In this document: in pieces, positions 9,905-18,497 of the stretch
Numbering within the stretch: position 1 is the first letter of the stretch
Layout of the letters: every line of letters begins with the position of its first letter
Assembly (NCBI GenBank): GCA_035544575.1
Contig: DATKEC010000044.1
Coordinates: 2,851 to 66,850, forward strand
Length of the DNA stretch: 64,000 nucleotides
Origin: Acidimicrobiia bacterium
GTDB taxonomy: Bacteria > Actinomycetota > Acidimicrobiia > Spongiisociales > ZC4RG35
Direction: 5' to 3'
Translations under genes and position numbers: made by a program
The notes under the pieces: model-generated
What the model was told of the DNA's origin: nothing
Database searches by the model: none
Seen by the model: only the letters and a program-made list of their open reading frames with translations

Positions 9905-10685
9905 CCTCGTCGCCACCGACTCCGGTGGCGACCGCATGGAACCCGCCATCGACATGGATGATCTCGCCCGTTGTCATGGGCATCCAATCGGACATGAGAA
10001 CGCACGCCATCCGGGCCACGGGCTCGGGGTTCGTCTCGTCCCATCGGAGCGGGGCCCGCTCGTTCCAGACCGCGCGGAATCGTTCGAACCCGGGAATCGA
10101 CTTCGCCGCCACCGTTCCCAGCGGCCCGGCAGACACGGCATTGACCCGTATTCGGTCATGACCGAGGTCCCGAGCGAGATAGCGAGTGACCGATTGCAGA
10201 GCGGACTTGGCCACGCCCATCCAGTCATAGGCCGGCCACGCCTGGCTGTTGTCGAAGTCGAGCGTGACGAGTGAACCGCCGTTTGTCATGAGCGGACGAA
10301 GGGCAACCGCCAGCGTCTTGTATGAGAACGCCGAGGTCATGAACGCGGTCGCGGCGCTCTCCGGGGGTGTGGCGAGGAAGTTGCCTCCCAGCGCATCGGC
10401 GGGCGCGAATGCGATCGCGTGGAGCGCACCGTCCACACGGTCCCACTTCGCCGAGACCGACTCGACGAACCGGGCGACATGATCAGCGTCGTTGATGTCG
10501 AGTTCGAAGACATCGGCCGGATGAGGCAGCCGTTGGACGGACCTCTCGGTGAGCCGAAGACCCCGGCCGAACCCGGTGCAGACCACTTCTGCGCCCTCCT
10601 CCTGGGCGATGCGAGCGGTGTGCCACGCGATCGAGTCGTCGGTCAGCACTCCAGTGACGACGAGACGCTTCCCTTGCAGCAGCAT
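9888..10685 (-). CDS. fabI: Enoyl-ACP reductase FabI (InhA-like)
   Basis: VTGVLTDDSIAW, HAIAFAP, YDWMGVAKSAL, VSAGP, IIHVDGG. GAGGAGG RBS. Confidence 0.95.
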   Translation of the reverse strand: MLLQGKRLVVTGVLTDDSIAWHTARIAQEEGAEVVCTGFGRGLRLTERSVQRLPHPADVFELDINDADHVARFVESVSAKWDRVDGALHAIAFAPADALGGNFLATPPESAATAFMTSAFSYKTLAVALRPLMTNGGSLVTLDFDNSQAWPAYDWMGVAKSALQSVTRYLARDLGHDRIRVNAVSAGPLGTVAAKSIPGFERFRAVWNERAPLRWDETNPEPVARMACVLMSDWMPMTTGEIIHVDGGFHAVATGVGGDEVTPAE

Positions 10686-10694
10686 GTGGCCTCC

Positions 10695-11132
10695 TCAGGC
10701 TCCGAAACTCTGGCCGAACGTCATGATCCCGCGGATCCCGAGCCCCATCGAGAAGAGGAACACGAGGCCGTATGACAACGCCGGGCGTTTGGCGAACTGG
10801 CTGCGATAGATGTACACGAAGGCGAAAGTGAACATCAGCACCACTCCGTAGAACAGGTGCTGATTGCCAGGGTCACGGTCCTCGGCGGCGAAGCCGACGA
10901 GCCCGAGACCGACTTGTGCCAAGGAGACCACGAAGCCGACGCCGGCGGCGAACCAGAACGCCCGGTTGGGCTCCCGTCGCAGAACCGCCATGGCGATTCC
11001 CCACAAACCGATCATGCCGAGGAGACCAACGACGTACCACCCGATGGTGCGGTGCAGTGAGACCAGCAACGGCAGGTCAGCCTGGGCGATGACGAGGGTT
11101 TGCATCCGATCGAGGATCGTAGACGCCGTCAA
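10695..11132 (-). CDS. Hypothetical 4-TM membrane protein (start TTG 11132 or ATG 11105)
   Basis: Alternating hydrophobic helices; fits between neighbouring genes on the same strand. Confidence 0.75.
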   Translation of the reverse strand: MTASTILDRMQTLVIAQADLPLLVSLHRTIGWYVVGLLGMIGLWGIAMAVLRREPNRAFWFAAGVGFVVSLAQVGLGLVGFAAEDRDPGNQHLFYGVVLMFTFAFVYIYRSQFAKRPALSYGLVFLFSMGLGIRGIMTFGQSFGA

Positions 11133-11139
11133 CGCGGAG

Positions 11140-11443
11140 CTAGTGACCGCCGATCACCCGCATCGATGCCACCGAATACTCGACGAGAACGCCGGAGGTG
11201 AGGTCGAGCGCAAACTCCTTCGACGACGTCGAGTCGGCGATCCACCGCGCCAGGGTGATACCCGGTTCGCGGACGATCCACCACGCGTAGTCGTGCCGCC
11301 CTGACTCGAGAAAAGCCTGTCGAGCGGCACGGCCCAACTCGATCGCCTCGGCTACGGTCTGCGGCGTGCCGAGGACCTCTCTCGTCCACCGGAGACCTCG
11401 GACGATCCCTGAGTTCGATGTCTTCGACGGTCTCGAAGGACAT
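11140..11443 (-). pseudogene. ~100-aa hypothetical protein interrupted by a +1 frameshift (or sequence error)
   Basis: MSFETVEDIELR continues as IVRGLRWTREVLGTPQTVAEAIELGRAARQAFLESGRHDYAWW... only if one G of GGG (11407-11409) is removed. The downstream frame has no ATG/GTG start of its own before TTG 11337. Confidence 0.55.
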
Positions 11444-11481
11444 GTTCGGATTCTACGTTTGGTGCGCTGGCACCCGTGACG

Positions 11482-12075
11482 TCATCCGTCGAGAAGTCTG
11501 CGCTTCTGGCTCTCGAACTCTTCCTGGCTGAGAATTCCCCGGTCACGGAGTTCGGCCAGTCCGGCGAGCTCGTCGGCAACCGACGATCCACCCCGGCGGA
11601 GTTCCACGGTGCGTTGCTCTCGTTGCTGGTAGATCAACGATTGGAGACCCTCAGGGTCGGGGATGTCCTGGTAGCGGCTCTGGCCCGTCTCACCGGCCGA
11701 CTCGATGACGAGATCGCCTGAGCGGATGAACCGTTCGAGCAGCGATTGACTGAACGCCACGTTCGTGATGCTCTCGAGCGGGATCTCGACACCCGAACGC
11801 GAGAACACACCCGCCCGATAGATCACTCGCTCGTCGGTGATCACGTATTGGGTGGTCGCCCAGTCGGCGACGCGTTTGACGCTGAGGATGATCCAGACGG
11901 CGACCCCGCCCAGAATCAGCAGCCACCGAGCGGCTCCATCGAGCTGGACGACCGCGGCGACGACCACCCCCAGGAGCACCAGGAACAACGCTCCGGGAAG
12001 AATGAGGAACTGCCAGTGGGGCCGAAACTCCTTGACGACCATCTCACCGGGACTCAACAACCGTTTCGGATACAT
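11482..12075 (-). CDS. PH-domain (bPH_2) membrane protein with C-terminal SHOCT
   Basis: MYPKRLLSPGE..RPHW, 2 TM, YVITDERVIYRAGVFSR, IPLESITNV, SHOCT-like DRGILSQEEFESQKRRLL. Leaderless TAGCGT-N7-ATG. Confidence 0.88.
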   Translation of the reverse strand: MYPKRLLSPGEMVVKEFRPHWQFLILPGALFLVLLGVVVAAVVQLDGAARWLLILGGVAVWIILSVKRVADWATTQYVITDERVIYRAGVFSRSGVEIPLESITNVAFSQSLLERFIRSGDLVIESAGETGQSRYQDIPDPEGLQSLIYQQREQRTVELRRGGSSVADELAGLAELRDRGILSQEEFESQKRRLLDG

Positions 12076-12151
12076 GCTCGGGACGCTAGCGGGAGGCACG
12101 TGTCCCGCGACGACGAAGCGCCATCCTCGTGCCGAACCGGCAGATCCAGAC

Positions 12152-12571
12152 GCGAAGAAGCCCCGAGGAAGCTTTGGCTTGCGCCGCCACCCTCTCGGGG
12201 CTCTCCGAGTCATCGGTGCCGCGACCCGTTTCCGGGCCGGCTGCAGCCGAGACAAGCGAGGAATCTTGCGACTCCCCACGTGACGGCCGGTTTCGTCGCC
12301 GAAGCGTCGACCCGTTCCGCCAGACCGCTGAACCGACAGCGAAGCTCGAAACCCGAAGATCCTCACTCACGCCCTCGGCTCAAAGGCCGTTGCGTCTCAA
12401 CCCCCGCCGAAGCGAAGGCCTCAGACGCCCCTCGTACGAGGATGGTGCATCGGTTCCCCGATCCACCCGGAAGCGTCGTTTCCGACCCATCCGTGGTGCG
12501 GACCGCCGACCACGTTCGTCGCCGTCCCGCTCGACCCCTTTCGAGGCCGTGCCACCGATCGCTCGGTGACA
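12152..12571 (-). ncRNA. Putative ~420-nt structured ncRNA (RNA-B), unassigned family
   Basis: About 11 hairpins capped by GNRA/UUCG loops, readable as such only on the minus strand; long-range closing helices; own promoter; 3' hairpin followed by CUUCUUC. Ends are estimates. Confidence 0.72.
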
Positions 12572-12577
12572 GGTGGA

Positions 12578-12654
12578 AAGCTAAACGGTGGGCCAACGAT
12601 CGGGAACCGAATCAGGTCGCCATTTTTTCGCGACGCTCGGTGAGTTTTCGCGAC
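12578..12654 (-). promoter_or_regulatory. Promoter P2 for RNA-B plus upstream direct repeats
   Basis: TTCCCG (12606-12601)-N17-TAGCTT (12583-12578). GTCGCGAAAA twice, at 12625-12634 and 12645-12654. Confidence 0.55.
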
Positions 12655-12711
12655 AAGTCGCTGGTGGCTGGGGAACGCGGCGAGACGCTCATGACCGGGA
12701 CCCCCGAACGC

Positions 12712-12860
12712 GGGAAACCCCGAGAAAGTATCGGCCGAAGCCTCAACCCTCTCGGGGTACCCTGCTGGTCGCACTCCGACCCGAAGGCCGGTCTACACCC
12801 AGCTTCCGAAGGACCCTCTCGGGTTCTTCATCCCTGCTGCGAGGTCGCCCTCGCTTCAGT
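12712..12860 (-). ncRNA. Putative ~150-nt structured ncRNA (RNA-A), short paralog of RNA-B
   Basis: Starts ~7 nt after a strong -10. Hairpins GCGAGG-GCGA-CCUCGC, CCC-GAGA-GGG, CCGGCC-UUCG-GGUCGG. 40-nt 3' domain is 30/40 identical to that of RNA-B. Confidence 0.7.
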
Positions 12861-12867
12861 GATCGGA

Positions 12868-12943
12868 AACCTACGGTCTGATCCGGGTGACGTCAAGGCG
12901 AACAGACGGTGTCTTTTCGCGGTCCGGAGGGAAGTTTCGCGAC
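12868..12943 (-). promoter_or_regulatory. Promoter P1 for RNA-A plus upstream direct repeats
   Basis: TTGACG (12896-12891)-N17-TAGGTT (12873-12868). Repeats ACCGCGAAAA and GTCGCGAAAC at 12914-12923 and 12934-12943. Confidence 0.72.
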
Positions 12944-12944
12944 T

Positions 12945-13784
12945 TCAGCTCGCCACGGCGATCCCCGCGTCTTCGAAGGCGGGACAGATCGCCTGAAACG
13001 AGCACCAATCGCACAGTCGGCCGGGACGCGGCGGAAACCGCTCCTCGCTCATCGCCCGCTCGATGGCGCTCCACAGAGCCCGCAGCTGGCGGTCCATGGC
13101 GTCGAGCTGCTGGTCATCGACCTCGAGGCGGTACATGGTGGGCCCGTTGAGGTACATGAGCCGTAGCTCCCGCGGCGTTTCGCCGGTGCGGCGCCGAACG
13201 AGCAACCCGTAGATCTTCAACGCAAAGAACGCCGGAACCGCGTAACGCTCGGGAGGCGCCTTGCCCGTCTTGTAGTCGGTGATCACCAGCCGACCGTCGG
13301 CACCTCGATCGATCCGATCCAGAATTCCCCGGATGACGATGCCGTCGAGATCCTCGGTCATGTCGAGTTCTCGATCCATCGGCTCGACCTCTGCGGGGTT
13401 CTCCACCGAGAAGTAATTGGCGAGCAGCGTCAGACTCTCCAGGCCCCACTCACGCTCATGGTCGACGGATGCGAACAAGCCGGAGTACTCCTCGTCGGCA
13501 CGCACTTCTGTCCACGCCTGCCGGAAGAGGTCATACAGCATCTCGGGCGTACGCTCGTTGGCATCGAGGTCGAAGAGCCGCTGCAGCGCCAGATGCGCCG
13601 TCGTCCCCCGGGCCTGATAGGCGGTCACCGGCTCTGGGAGCCGGTCGATGCTGCGGAACTTGAACAACTGCGGACAGATCTTGAAATCACTCGCCCGCGA
13701 CGGCGAAAGCCTCTCCAACGACAGGCCCTCCCCGGCCGGTGGCGCAGTCGCCCGGCTGGCGATCGACAGATTCCCAGACTCCAT
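12945..13784 (-). CDS. RecB-family PD-(D/E)XK exonuclease with 4-Cys Fe-S staple
   Basis: LSPSRASDFKICP, RGILDRID, ITDYKTGK, QL-like ALKIYG, LCDWCSFQAICP. Leaderless TAGGGT-N6-ATG. Confidence 0.92.
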   Translation of the reverse strand: MESGNLSIASRATAPPAGEGLSLERLSPSRASDFKICPQLFKFRSIDRLPEPVTAYQARGTTAHLALQRLFDLDANERTPEMLYDLFRQAWTEVRADEEYSGLFASVDHEREWGLESLTLLANYFSVENPAEVEPMDRELDMTEDLDGIVIRGILDRIDRGADGRLVITDYKTGKAPPERYAVPAFFALKIYGLLVRRRTGETPRELRLMYLNGPTMYRLEVDDQQLDAMDRQLRALWSAIERAMSEERFPPRPGRLCDWCSFQAICPAFEDAGIAVAS

Positions 13785-13919
13785 GCCCGCACCCTATCGA
13801 ACCCGAATGACAGAAGTGTGATTCCCCAGAGACCCCCTCCGTCCCCGCCGCTCCACATCGGGCCGCCTCCCCCACACCGCCGGACTCCGTCCGGATCGGG
13901 GAGGAGACCGGACGATCTC

Positions 13920-15194
13920 TCAGGGGAAGATGCCACGTACCAGCTTGGCGTCGGTGACGCGTTGGATGCCCTTGATGAGCGCGGCGGTGCGCATGTCCAC
14001 GTTCTCCTTGACAGAGATCTGAAGCACGTCGCTGAACGCCGTCGTCATGATCTCTCGGAGCCGCCCGACGATCTCGTTCTCGGACCAGAAGTACGCCTGC
14101 ACGTCCTGGACCCACTCGAAATATGAGACCGTCACACCTCCGGCATTGGCGAGGATGTCAGGAACGATGAACACACCGCGCGACCGCAGGATGTCGTCTG
14201 CGGCCAGCGTCATCGGGTTGTTCGCCCCCTCCACGACGAGACGGGCCTTGATGTCAGGTGCGTTGTCGGCGGTGACGACACCCTGGACTGCGGCGGGAAT
14301 CAGGATGTCGCAGTCGACGAGGACGACCTCCTCGTCGGCGATGTGATCAGCCTTCGGATATCCCTCCAGCGTCCCGTTCGAATCGACCCAGTGGGCGGCA
14401 TCGTTGACGTCGAGCCCGTTCTCGTCGTAGATCCCGCCGGTGATGTCCGAGACCGCCACCACCCTCAGGCCGAGTTCGTCGGCGGCGATCGCGGCGTAAC
14501 GGCCGACGTTTCCGAATCCGTGGATCGAGACCTTGGCGTCCTTGACCGGCATGTTGAGATGCGAACAGGCCGGCGTGATCAGCGACACCACGCCACGACC
14601 GGTCGCCTCTCGCCGGGCGACCGAGCCACCCAGCGATGGGGGCTTGCCGGTGACGACCGCTGGAACCGAGTGGCCCACATGCTGGGAATACGTGTCCATC
14701 AGCCACGCCATGACTTGTTCGTTCGTCCCGAGGTCCGGAGCGGGAATGTCGGACTGCGGGCCGATGACATTGATGATCTCCATCGTGAAGCGGCGGGTCA
14801 CCCGCTGGAGTTCGGAGCGGCTCAGTTCCCGGGGGTTCACCCGTACGCCACCTTTGGCGCCGCCGAACGGAACCCCGACGATCGAGCACTTCCAGGTCAT
14901 CCACATGGAGAGTGCCGCCACTTCACCCAGCGTCACGTCGTCGGCGTAACGGATACCGCCCTTCGTCGGCCCCATCGTCGTGAGGTGTTGGACTCGGTAG
15001 CCGAACAGCGTCTCGACGGTGCCGTAGTCGTCGTGACGGAATGGAAAGGTGACGATGGTGCAGCGCTGCGGAACCCGGAGCCGATCGGCCACGTTGTCGT
15101 CGAGGTTCATGAACTCGGCGACCCGATCGAACTGCGCCACTGCCTCGAGGTACATCGGACTGTCGAACTCGTGGGTCAACTCTTCCGAAGCCAT
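13920..15194 (-). CDS. gdhA: Glu/Leu/Phe/Val dehydrogenase (glutamate dehydrogenase)
   Basis: GPTKGGIRY, GGAKGGV, PAPDLGT, TGKP, GFGNVG, VEGANNP, ANAGGVTVSYFEW. Confidence 0.95.
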   Translation of the reverse strand: MASEELTHEFDSPMYLEAVAQFDRVAEFMNLDDNVADRLRVPQRCTIVTFPFRHDDYGTVETLFGYRVQHLTTMGPTKGGIRYADDVTLGEVAALSMWMTWKCSIVGVPFGGAKGGVRVNPRELSRSELQRVTRRFTMEIINVIGPQSDIPAPDLGTNEQVMAWLMDTYSQHVGHSVPAVVTGKPPSLGGSVARREATGRGVVSLITPACSHLNMPVKDAKVSIHGFGNVGRYAAIAADELGLRVVAVSDITGGIYDENGLDVNDAAHWVDSNGTLEGYPKADHIADEEVVLVDCDILIPAAVQGVVTADNAPDIKARLVVEGANNPMTLAADDILRSRGVFIVPDILANAGGVTVSYFEWVQDVQAYFWSENEIVGRLREIMTTAFSDVLQISVKENVDMRTAALIKGIQRVTDAKLVRGIFP

Positions 15195-15293
15195 GATCCT
15201 CCCGGTCGGCTTGGGTACGAATCTAGGGTCCTGGACGGCTCCGGCCGTGGCGCGTTCCGGTTTTCGTCATACCCGTCCCGTACGTTGTGCCGT

Positions 15294-15488
15294 ATGAAAA
15301 CCAACGCTTCGCACTCACCAGCCAATGCATCCTCGATCGCAGCCACGGCATCCTCGAACGCCATCGACCGAGCGAGCCGGCCCGTCGTGTCAACCGAAGC
15401 CACCTTCGAACGGGCGATGGCGGCATTGGTGGCGGCCGGGATCGGCTTCGAGGTCGTGGCCGAGGACGCCGTCGGGCGTGCAGCCTGA
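15294..15488 (+). CDS. Small hypothetical protein (64 aa)
   Basis: MKTNASHS...TFERAMAALVAAGIGFEVVAEDAVGRAA. Fills the gap before adnA; no other support. Confidence 0.35.
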   Translation: MKTNASHSPANASSIAATASSNAIDRASRPVVSTEATFERAMAALVAAGIGFEVVAEDAVGRAA

Positions 15489-15506
15489 GACGATCTCCAC
15501 ACGATA

Positions 15507-18497
15507 TTGTCGACCGTCGTGAGCACCGAGGTACGAATCGGCCCCGATGAGTGGCCGGCGGTGGTCGCCGACACCGACGGGCCTCAGTTGGTGGTGGCTG
15601 GGCCGGGGACGGGCAAAACCGAGTTCTTGGTCCGTCGCATCGTCCATCTGATCGAGTCCGGTGTCGAACCCAGGGCGATCCTCGTGCTCACGTTCTCTCG
15701 CCGGGGGGCGGCGGAGTTGCGAAGCCGGATCTCGAATCGGCTGGCGCGCTCGGCGGGACCCCTCTCGGTGTCGACTTTCCACTCCCTGGCCATCCGTCTG
15801 CTCGAGACCTACGAGGAGCGGCCGACGACGCGGCCTCCACCAACGTTGCTGACAGGACCAGAGCAGGTTTCGCTGGTCGCAGAGCTGCTGGCCGACACGG
15901 ATCCGGCACCGTGGCCCGTCTCGCACCGAGCGATGTTCCGAACGCGCACGTTCGCCGCCGATGTCGCCGACTTCCTCCTGCGCATGGCCGAGCGCAGGAT
16001 CGACTCGGACCGCCTCACAGAGATGGTCCACCGGCGCCCGGATTGGCGTGCCCTACCGGACTTCCGTGATCGCTATCTGCAGACGCTGTCGGAGCGAAAC
16101 CGCGTCGACTACGGAACACTGCTGTCGCGCGCCGTCGACCTGGCGGCGGACCCGGCGGTGTCAGGCCGGCTCCAGACCGACCACCGCTATGTCGTGGTGG
16201 ACGAGTATCAGGACACCTCCCCCGCCCAGGCCGAGCTGCTCGACGTTCTCACGCGAACCCATCGGAACCTGACCGTCGCCGGTGATCCACACCAGTCCAT
16301 CTACAGCTTCCGCGGCGCCGATGTCTCCAACATCGCCCGGTTCTCCGAACGCTTCGTCGGAGTCGACGGGAGTCCCGCCCGACGGATCGTCCTGGACGCC
16401 TCGTTCCGGGTGCCTGCCGCCATCCTCGCCGCGGCGACCCGCGTGACCGCGGGTGCGGGGCTCCCGGGTGAAGCCGGCCCGATCGCACCGGCGCCGCACT
16501 CGGGGTCCGTTCACGTGCATGTCTTCGACCAGGCCTCGGCGGAGGGCGAGTGGGTGGCAGCCGAAGTCGAGAGGCTTCACCTCGTCGAACAGATCCCCTA
16601 CCGGCGCATGGCGGTGCTCGTGCGGTCCACGCGCAACCTCCTCCCGGAGCTGTCAAGGGCCCTCGACCGTCGTCACATCCCCCACGACACACCCGACGTC
16701 CGTCTCGTGGACCATCCCGCCGTCCAACTGATCCTCGACCTGGCCCTCGCTGCCGCCACCGCCTCGTCGGAGGACCCGCTGACCCGCCAGGCCGCCGAGG
16801 CACCGATCCGGCGTGTCCTCCTCGGTCCTCTGTACGGTCTGGGTGTTGCGGCTGAACGAGCGCTGCAGCGGAACCGCTTGCGAACGGACGCGGGTTGGGT
16901 CGAGGCACTCTCGGGCGACCCCGCCACCGCCGACCTGGCCCGGTTGCTGACCGGCGGCGCCTGGGCCACCGAAGCCAGCGCCGTCGACGGGTTCTGGCGG
17001 GTCTGGAACGACCTCGATCGGTTGAGCGCGTTCGCCCTCGAACCGGGCCGGCACGGACATCGCGCGGCGTGGACGGCATTCGCGCAAGTCCTCGAACAGC
17101 AGCATGAGCGCAATCCGGAAGTGAGCCTTCTCCGCTACCGCCAGATGGCCGAGTCCGACGACTTCGAGGCGACTCCTCTGCTCTCGCATCGGACCACCAA
17201 CGACGAACGGATCACACTGACCACGCTGCACCAGGCCAAAGGCCTCGAATTCGACGTCGTGTTCATCGCCGACGCCACCGAAGACGTGTTTCCGGACCTC
17301 CGGCGCGGATTCAATCCGCTCGACCCTCAGGCGCTGGCCGGGCCGGCCGACCGCTCGTCGTGGCTCTTGGAACGCTTGCGCGAGGAGACACGTGTCGCGT
17401 ACACGGCGATGACCAGGGCACGGGCGCGACTTGTCATGACCGCCACCATCGCCGGGATCGACGAGAACGAGCGCCGGCCCAGTCGATTTCTCCTCGCGGC
17501 CGCCGGCGTGGATTCGGTCGACGAGCTCCCGCCCGCACCCTCCAACCGGGATGATCCGCTGACCACGCGGGGCCTCGAGACGGTGCTTCGGCGAGCCCTG
17601 CTCGACCCCCTCCGACCGATGGCGGAACGACTGGCGGCGGCCGCCACATTGGCCGAAGGGTCGCCCGCCTTGTGGGACGCCGAACGTTTCGCCGGCGTTC
17701 GCCAGCCCGGGCCGGATCGCGGCGTGTTCAGCCGACCTCCTCGTCTGTCGCCGAGCCAGGCAGAGTCGTATCAGGAGTGCCCCCGCCGATACGTGTTCGA
17801 GAGGCGCCTGGCGATGACGGACTCCTCGGGAGATCACGCCCGGTTTGGGACCCTGGTCCATGGCGTTCTCGAGCGCGCCGACAACGCGGCGAAGGCGGAG
17901 GCACGACCCCGGCCGACTCTCGGCGACGCCCACGCGGCTCTCGACGACGTGTGGCGAACGGAGGCCGATTTCGGCTCGCCGTGGCTCGACGCGCTCTGGC
18001 GTGGCAAAGCGATCGAACTCCTCGATCGGCTGTTCGCCCAATGGCCCGGAGACAGCCTCGAGACGATCGCCGCCGAACTGAACCTCCACTGGAACGGCGG
18101 TGGGGTCGAGTGGGTTGGCCGCGCCGACAGAATCGAGCGACTCACGGACGGATCGGTCCGAGTGGTCGATTACAAGACGTCGAAGACGATCATGCCCAAG
18201 CACAAGGCGGCGCGTTCGCTCCAACTCGCGTTCTACGCGCTGGCCGCCACCGCCGATCCGGCGATACCGGGACCCGTCGACAGCGCAGAGCTGTGGTATC
18301 CCGCCACCGGACAGGTCGGGTTCCGCCGCTCACTGGACATGTCTCTCCTCGATGAGCTCCGATCCGTTCTCGAGTCCATCGCCGGGTCGATCACGGACGA
18401 GCGGTGGGAGCCGACACCCGGGGAGGCGTGCGATCGATGCTCGGTGCGCATCGTGTGTCCCGAATGGCCCGAAGGCCGAGCCGGGTTCACGGGATGA
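15507..18497 (+). CDS. adnA: AdnA-like UvrD helicase-nuclease subunit (start may be GTG 15519)
   Basis: AGPGTGKT, VDEYQD, GDPHQSIYSFRGA, TLHQAKGLEF, YTAMTRAR. C-terminal GRADRIE..VVDYKT with CP...CDRC...CP. Confidence 0.88.
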   Translation: MSTVVSTEVRIGPDEWPAVVADTDGPQLVVAGPGTGKTEFLVRRIVHLIESGVEPRAILVLTFSRRGAAELRSRISNRLARSAGPLSVSTFHSLAIRLLETYEERPTTRPPPTLLTGPEQVSLVAELLADTDPAPWPVSHRAMFRTRTFAADVADFLLRMAERRIDSDRLTEMVHRRPDWRALPDFRDRYLQTLSERNRVDYGTLLSRAVDLAADPAVSGRLQTDHRYVVVDEYQDTSPAQAELLDVLTRTHRNLTVAGDPHQSIYSFRGADVSNIARFSERFVGVDGSPARRIVLDASFRVPAAILAAATRVTAGAGLPGEAGPIAPAPHSGSVHVHVFDQASAEGEWVAAEVERLHLVEQIPYRRMAVLVRSTRNLLPELSRALDRRHIPHDTPDVRLVDHPAVQLILDLALAAATASSEDPLTRQAAEAPIRRVLLGPLYGLGVAAERALQRNRLRTDAGWVEALSGDPATADLARLLTGGAWATEASAVDGFWRVWNDLDRLSAFALEPGRHGHRAAWTAFAQVLEQQHERNPEVSLLRYRQMAESDDFEATPLLSHRTTNDERITLTTLHQAKGLEFDVVFIADATEDVFPDLRRGFNPLDPQALAGPADRSSWLLERLREETRVAYTAMTRARARLVMTATIAGIDENERRPSRFLLAAAGVDSVDELPPAPSNRDDPLTTRGLETVLRRALLDPLRPMAERLAAAATLAEGSPALWDAERFAGVRQPGPDRGVFSRPPRLSPSQAESYQECPRRYVFERRLAMTDSSGDHARFGTLVHGVLERADNAAKAEARPRPTLGDAHAALDDVWRTEADFGSPWLDALWRGKAIELLDRLFAQWPGDSLETIAAELNLHWNGGGVEWVGRADRIERLTDGSVRVVDYKTSKTIMPKHKAARSLQLAFYALAATADPAIPGPVDSAELWYPATGQVGFRRSLDMSLLDELRSVLESIAGSITDERWEPTPGEACDRCSVRIVCPEWPEGRAGFTG

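Noticed and set aside
12152-12860. Identity as RNase P RNA, tmRNA, SRP RNA, tRNA or 6C RNA
   Set aside because: No GAGGAAAGUCC or ACAGAA..CGGCUUA, no tRNA-like GGGG..CCA ends or tag ORF, no SRP domain IV CAGG..GGAA..AGCA, no cloverleaf, no C-rich loops. Ms1/6S could be neither confirmed nor excluded.
11746-12996. ORF-track proteins across the 12.1-12.9 kb gap (416, 148, 146, 117, 97 aa and others)
   Set aside because: Arg/Pro/Ser-rich, no recognisable motifs, and they overlap real genes in antisense. The hairpin and promoter pattern explains the region better.
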